From an uncultured Clostridia bacterium (GTDB lineage Bacteria; Bacillota; Clostridia; Christensenellales; Borkfalkiaceae): a stretch of DNA of 64,000 bases. This document shows positions 63,202 through 64,000 of the stretch, piece after piece; the first letter of the stretch is position 1, and each line of letters begins with the position of its first letter. The notes below the pieces were generated by a model. That model worked only from the letters and a program-made list of their open reading frames with translations, was not told the DNA's origin and ran no database searches. The position numbers and the translations under genes were made by a program. The stretch is taken from the NCBI GenBank assembly GCA_937912025.1, contig CALDOZ010000010.1:4710-68709 (forward strand). Direction: 5' to 3'.

Positions 63202-64000
63202 AAATTGTCTTTTTAACTCATCAAAATAACGAATTATTTAGCGACAAAAACATCTTTGCACTCAAAAAAATACGCAATTTCGTTGAATGTGAAGAAGTTG
63301 TTAAAATTGATTTTAAAAATAATTTAAAAGAGTATTTTAATAGTAAAGTTGGTAATTATTTAATCGTTACAGATACTAATAATTATTCTTACGTTTTAAA
63401 GTCAATTAAAGAAATACATAGCGATAACTTAACTATTAACGCCGTTTCTTACGATAATAATTTTGATGAAAATTTGAGTAAACTATATTTTATTAAATCT
63501 TCGTGCGATTATTATAAACTTTTTAACGTAGACGGTAATTTAATTGATAATTTACTTGTTAAGTTTAACGTTGATTATACATTTAAAAACGTAGACGGCG
63601 ATACTTTACTAAAAATTGATTATAAAGGCTATTCCTTAGAAGAAATTGATAATTTTAGAAAAATATTTCTCAGTGAGTTTGGCGATAAAATTTATGCAAC
63701 TCAAGACGTTTTACCGCAAAATTTATTAGTAGACATTTTAAAAATTAGGGGCGCTAAAATTTCCGTTGCGGAGTCGTTTACGGGCGGTAATTTATCGGCG
63801 TCGATAATATCTGTATCTGGAGCAAGTAGCGTTTTTTACGAAGGTCAAGTCGTTTACAACGAAATGGCAAAAGCGTCTAGATTAGGCGTTAAAACAACAA
63901 CTTTAAAAGAGTATAAGCCCGTAAGTAAGCAAGTAGCGTATGAAATGTGTCTTGGTTTATTAAAAAGCGGTAAATGTGATATTGCAATATCAACAACGGG
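63192..64000 (+). CDS. cinA: CinA-like protein (C-terminal PncC/nicotinamide-nucleotide amidase domain), truncated by the window end
   Basis: Not in the supplied ORF track because it runs off the window. I translated it by hand from the ATG at 63192 and found no stop through 64000. ISVAESFTGGNLSASIISVSGASSVFYEG matches the CinA C-terminal domain. The N-terminal ~170 aa lacks the usual MoCF-type motifs. Confidence 0.75.
   Translation, partial: MQVKIVFLTHQNNELFSDKNIFALKKIRNFVECEEVVKIDFKNNLKEYFNSKVGNYLIVTDTNNYSYVLKSIKEIHSDNLTINAVSYDNNFDENLSKLYFIKSSCDYYKLFNVDGNLIDNLLVKFNVDYTFKNVDGDTLLKIDYKGYSLEEIDNFRKIFLSEFGDKIYATQDVLPQNLLVDILKIRGAKISVAESFTGGNLSASIISVSGASSVFYEGQVVYNEMAKASRLGVKTTTLKEYKPVSKQVAYEMCLGLLKSGKCDIAISTT

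Noticed and set aside
1-64000. Alternative genetic code (TGA as Trp, as in Mollicutes), considered because of the low GC.
   Set aside because: TGA terminates well-supported genes at the expected C-termini (15570-15572 and 53851-53853). All Trp codons I read are TGG. No in-frame TGA interrupts conserved proteins.
1-64000. Search for CRISPR arrays, tRNA/rRNA genes, riboswitch-length leaders, transposases, integrases and phage genes.
   Set aside because: There are no regularly spaced direct repeats, no cloverleaf-like GC-rich segments in intergenic regions, and no recombinase-like ORFs. The longest non-coding gaps (about 313, 262, 240 and 207 nt) are explained by promoters, terminators and the elements listed above.

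Overview
A 64-kb chromosomal segment from a low-GC, strictly anaerobic Bacillota-like bacterium. The genetic code is standard: TGA terminates well-supported genes and Trp is always TGG. I count about 59 densely packed CDS, mostly on the + strand. I found no rRNA, tRNA, CRISPR array, transposase, integrase or prophage genes. All family assignments come from motif recognition by eye, not from a search.

Gene content, in order:
- 0.1-12.8 kb: carbohydrate block. GH172/DUF2961 protein, amidase-domain protein, lipoprotein, an AraC regulator divergent from an operon of three Gfo/Idh/MocA oxidoreductases, a Hyi-like TIM-barrel protein and an orphan 736-aa glycyl radical enzyme. Then uxuA, an SGNH hydrolase and an SDR mannonate oxidoreductase.
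- 13.0-14.2 kb: insulated two-gene ParA plus 97-aa partner module.
- 14.3-30 kb: housekeeping genes (ynbB-like PLP enzyme, DMT transporter, gpsA, nagB, ung, comM, dprA, topA, hslVU, hisS, trxA, dagK-like, perR, rubrerythrin).
- 30.2-35.6 kb: extremely compact 8-gene operon of mixed or unknown function.
- 35.7-40.6 kb: AraC-associated oxidoreductase, then pflA, a Trx-like gene and pflB.
- 40.7-43.6 kb: small unknown cluster.
- 43.7-53.9 kb: glgBCDAP plus a GH13 enzyme.
- 53.9-64 kb: tex, acpP, an M3 peptidase, ftsK, rimO, pgsA and a partial cinA.

Most interesting observations:
1. Pyruvate formate-lyase is cleanly split into a 677-aa catalytic body and a separately translated 77-aa glycyl-radical subunit. 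A thioredoxin-fold gene is translationally coupled to the activase.
2. A short orphan glycyl radical enzyme has an unusual G-C-N-W-M-C thiyl loop. It has no adjacent activase and sits in a keto-sugar-type oxidoreductase/isomerase operon.
3. A plasmid-style ParA/small-partner cassette lies in the chromosome, with 8-bp iterons and a palindromic operator inside its promoter.
4. Transcription and translation signals overlap in several places: a terminator arm that is also an SD, and a terminator arm that is also a -35 feeding a near-leaderless gene.
5. There is a strong C3|G1 codon-junction bias, which makes ACGT-containing words strikingly abundant in an AT-rich genome.
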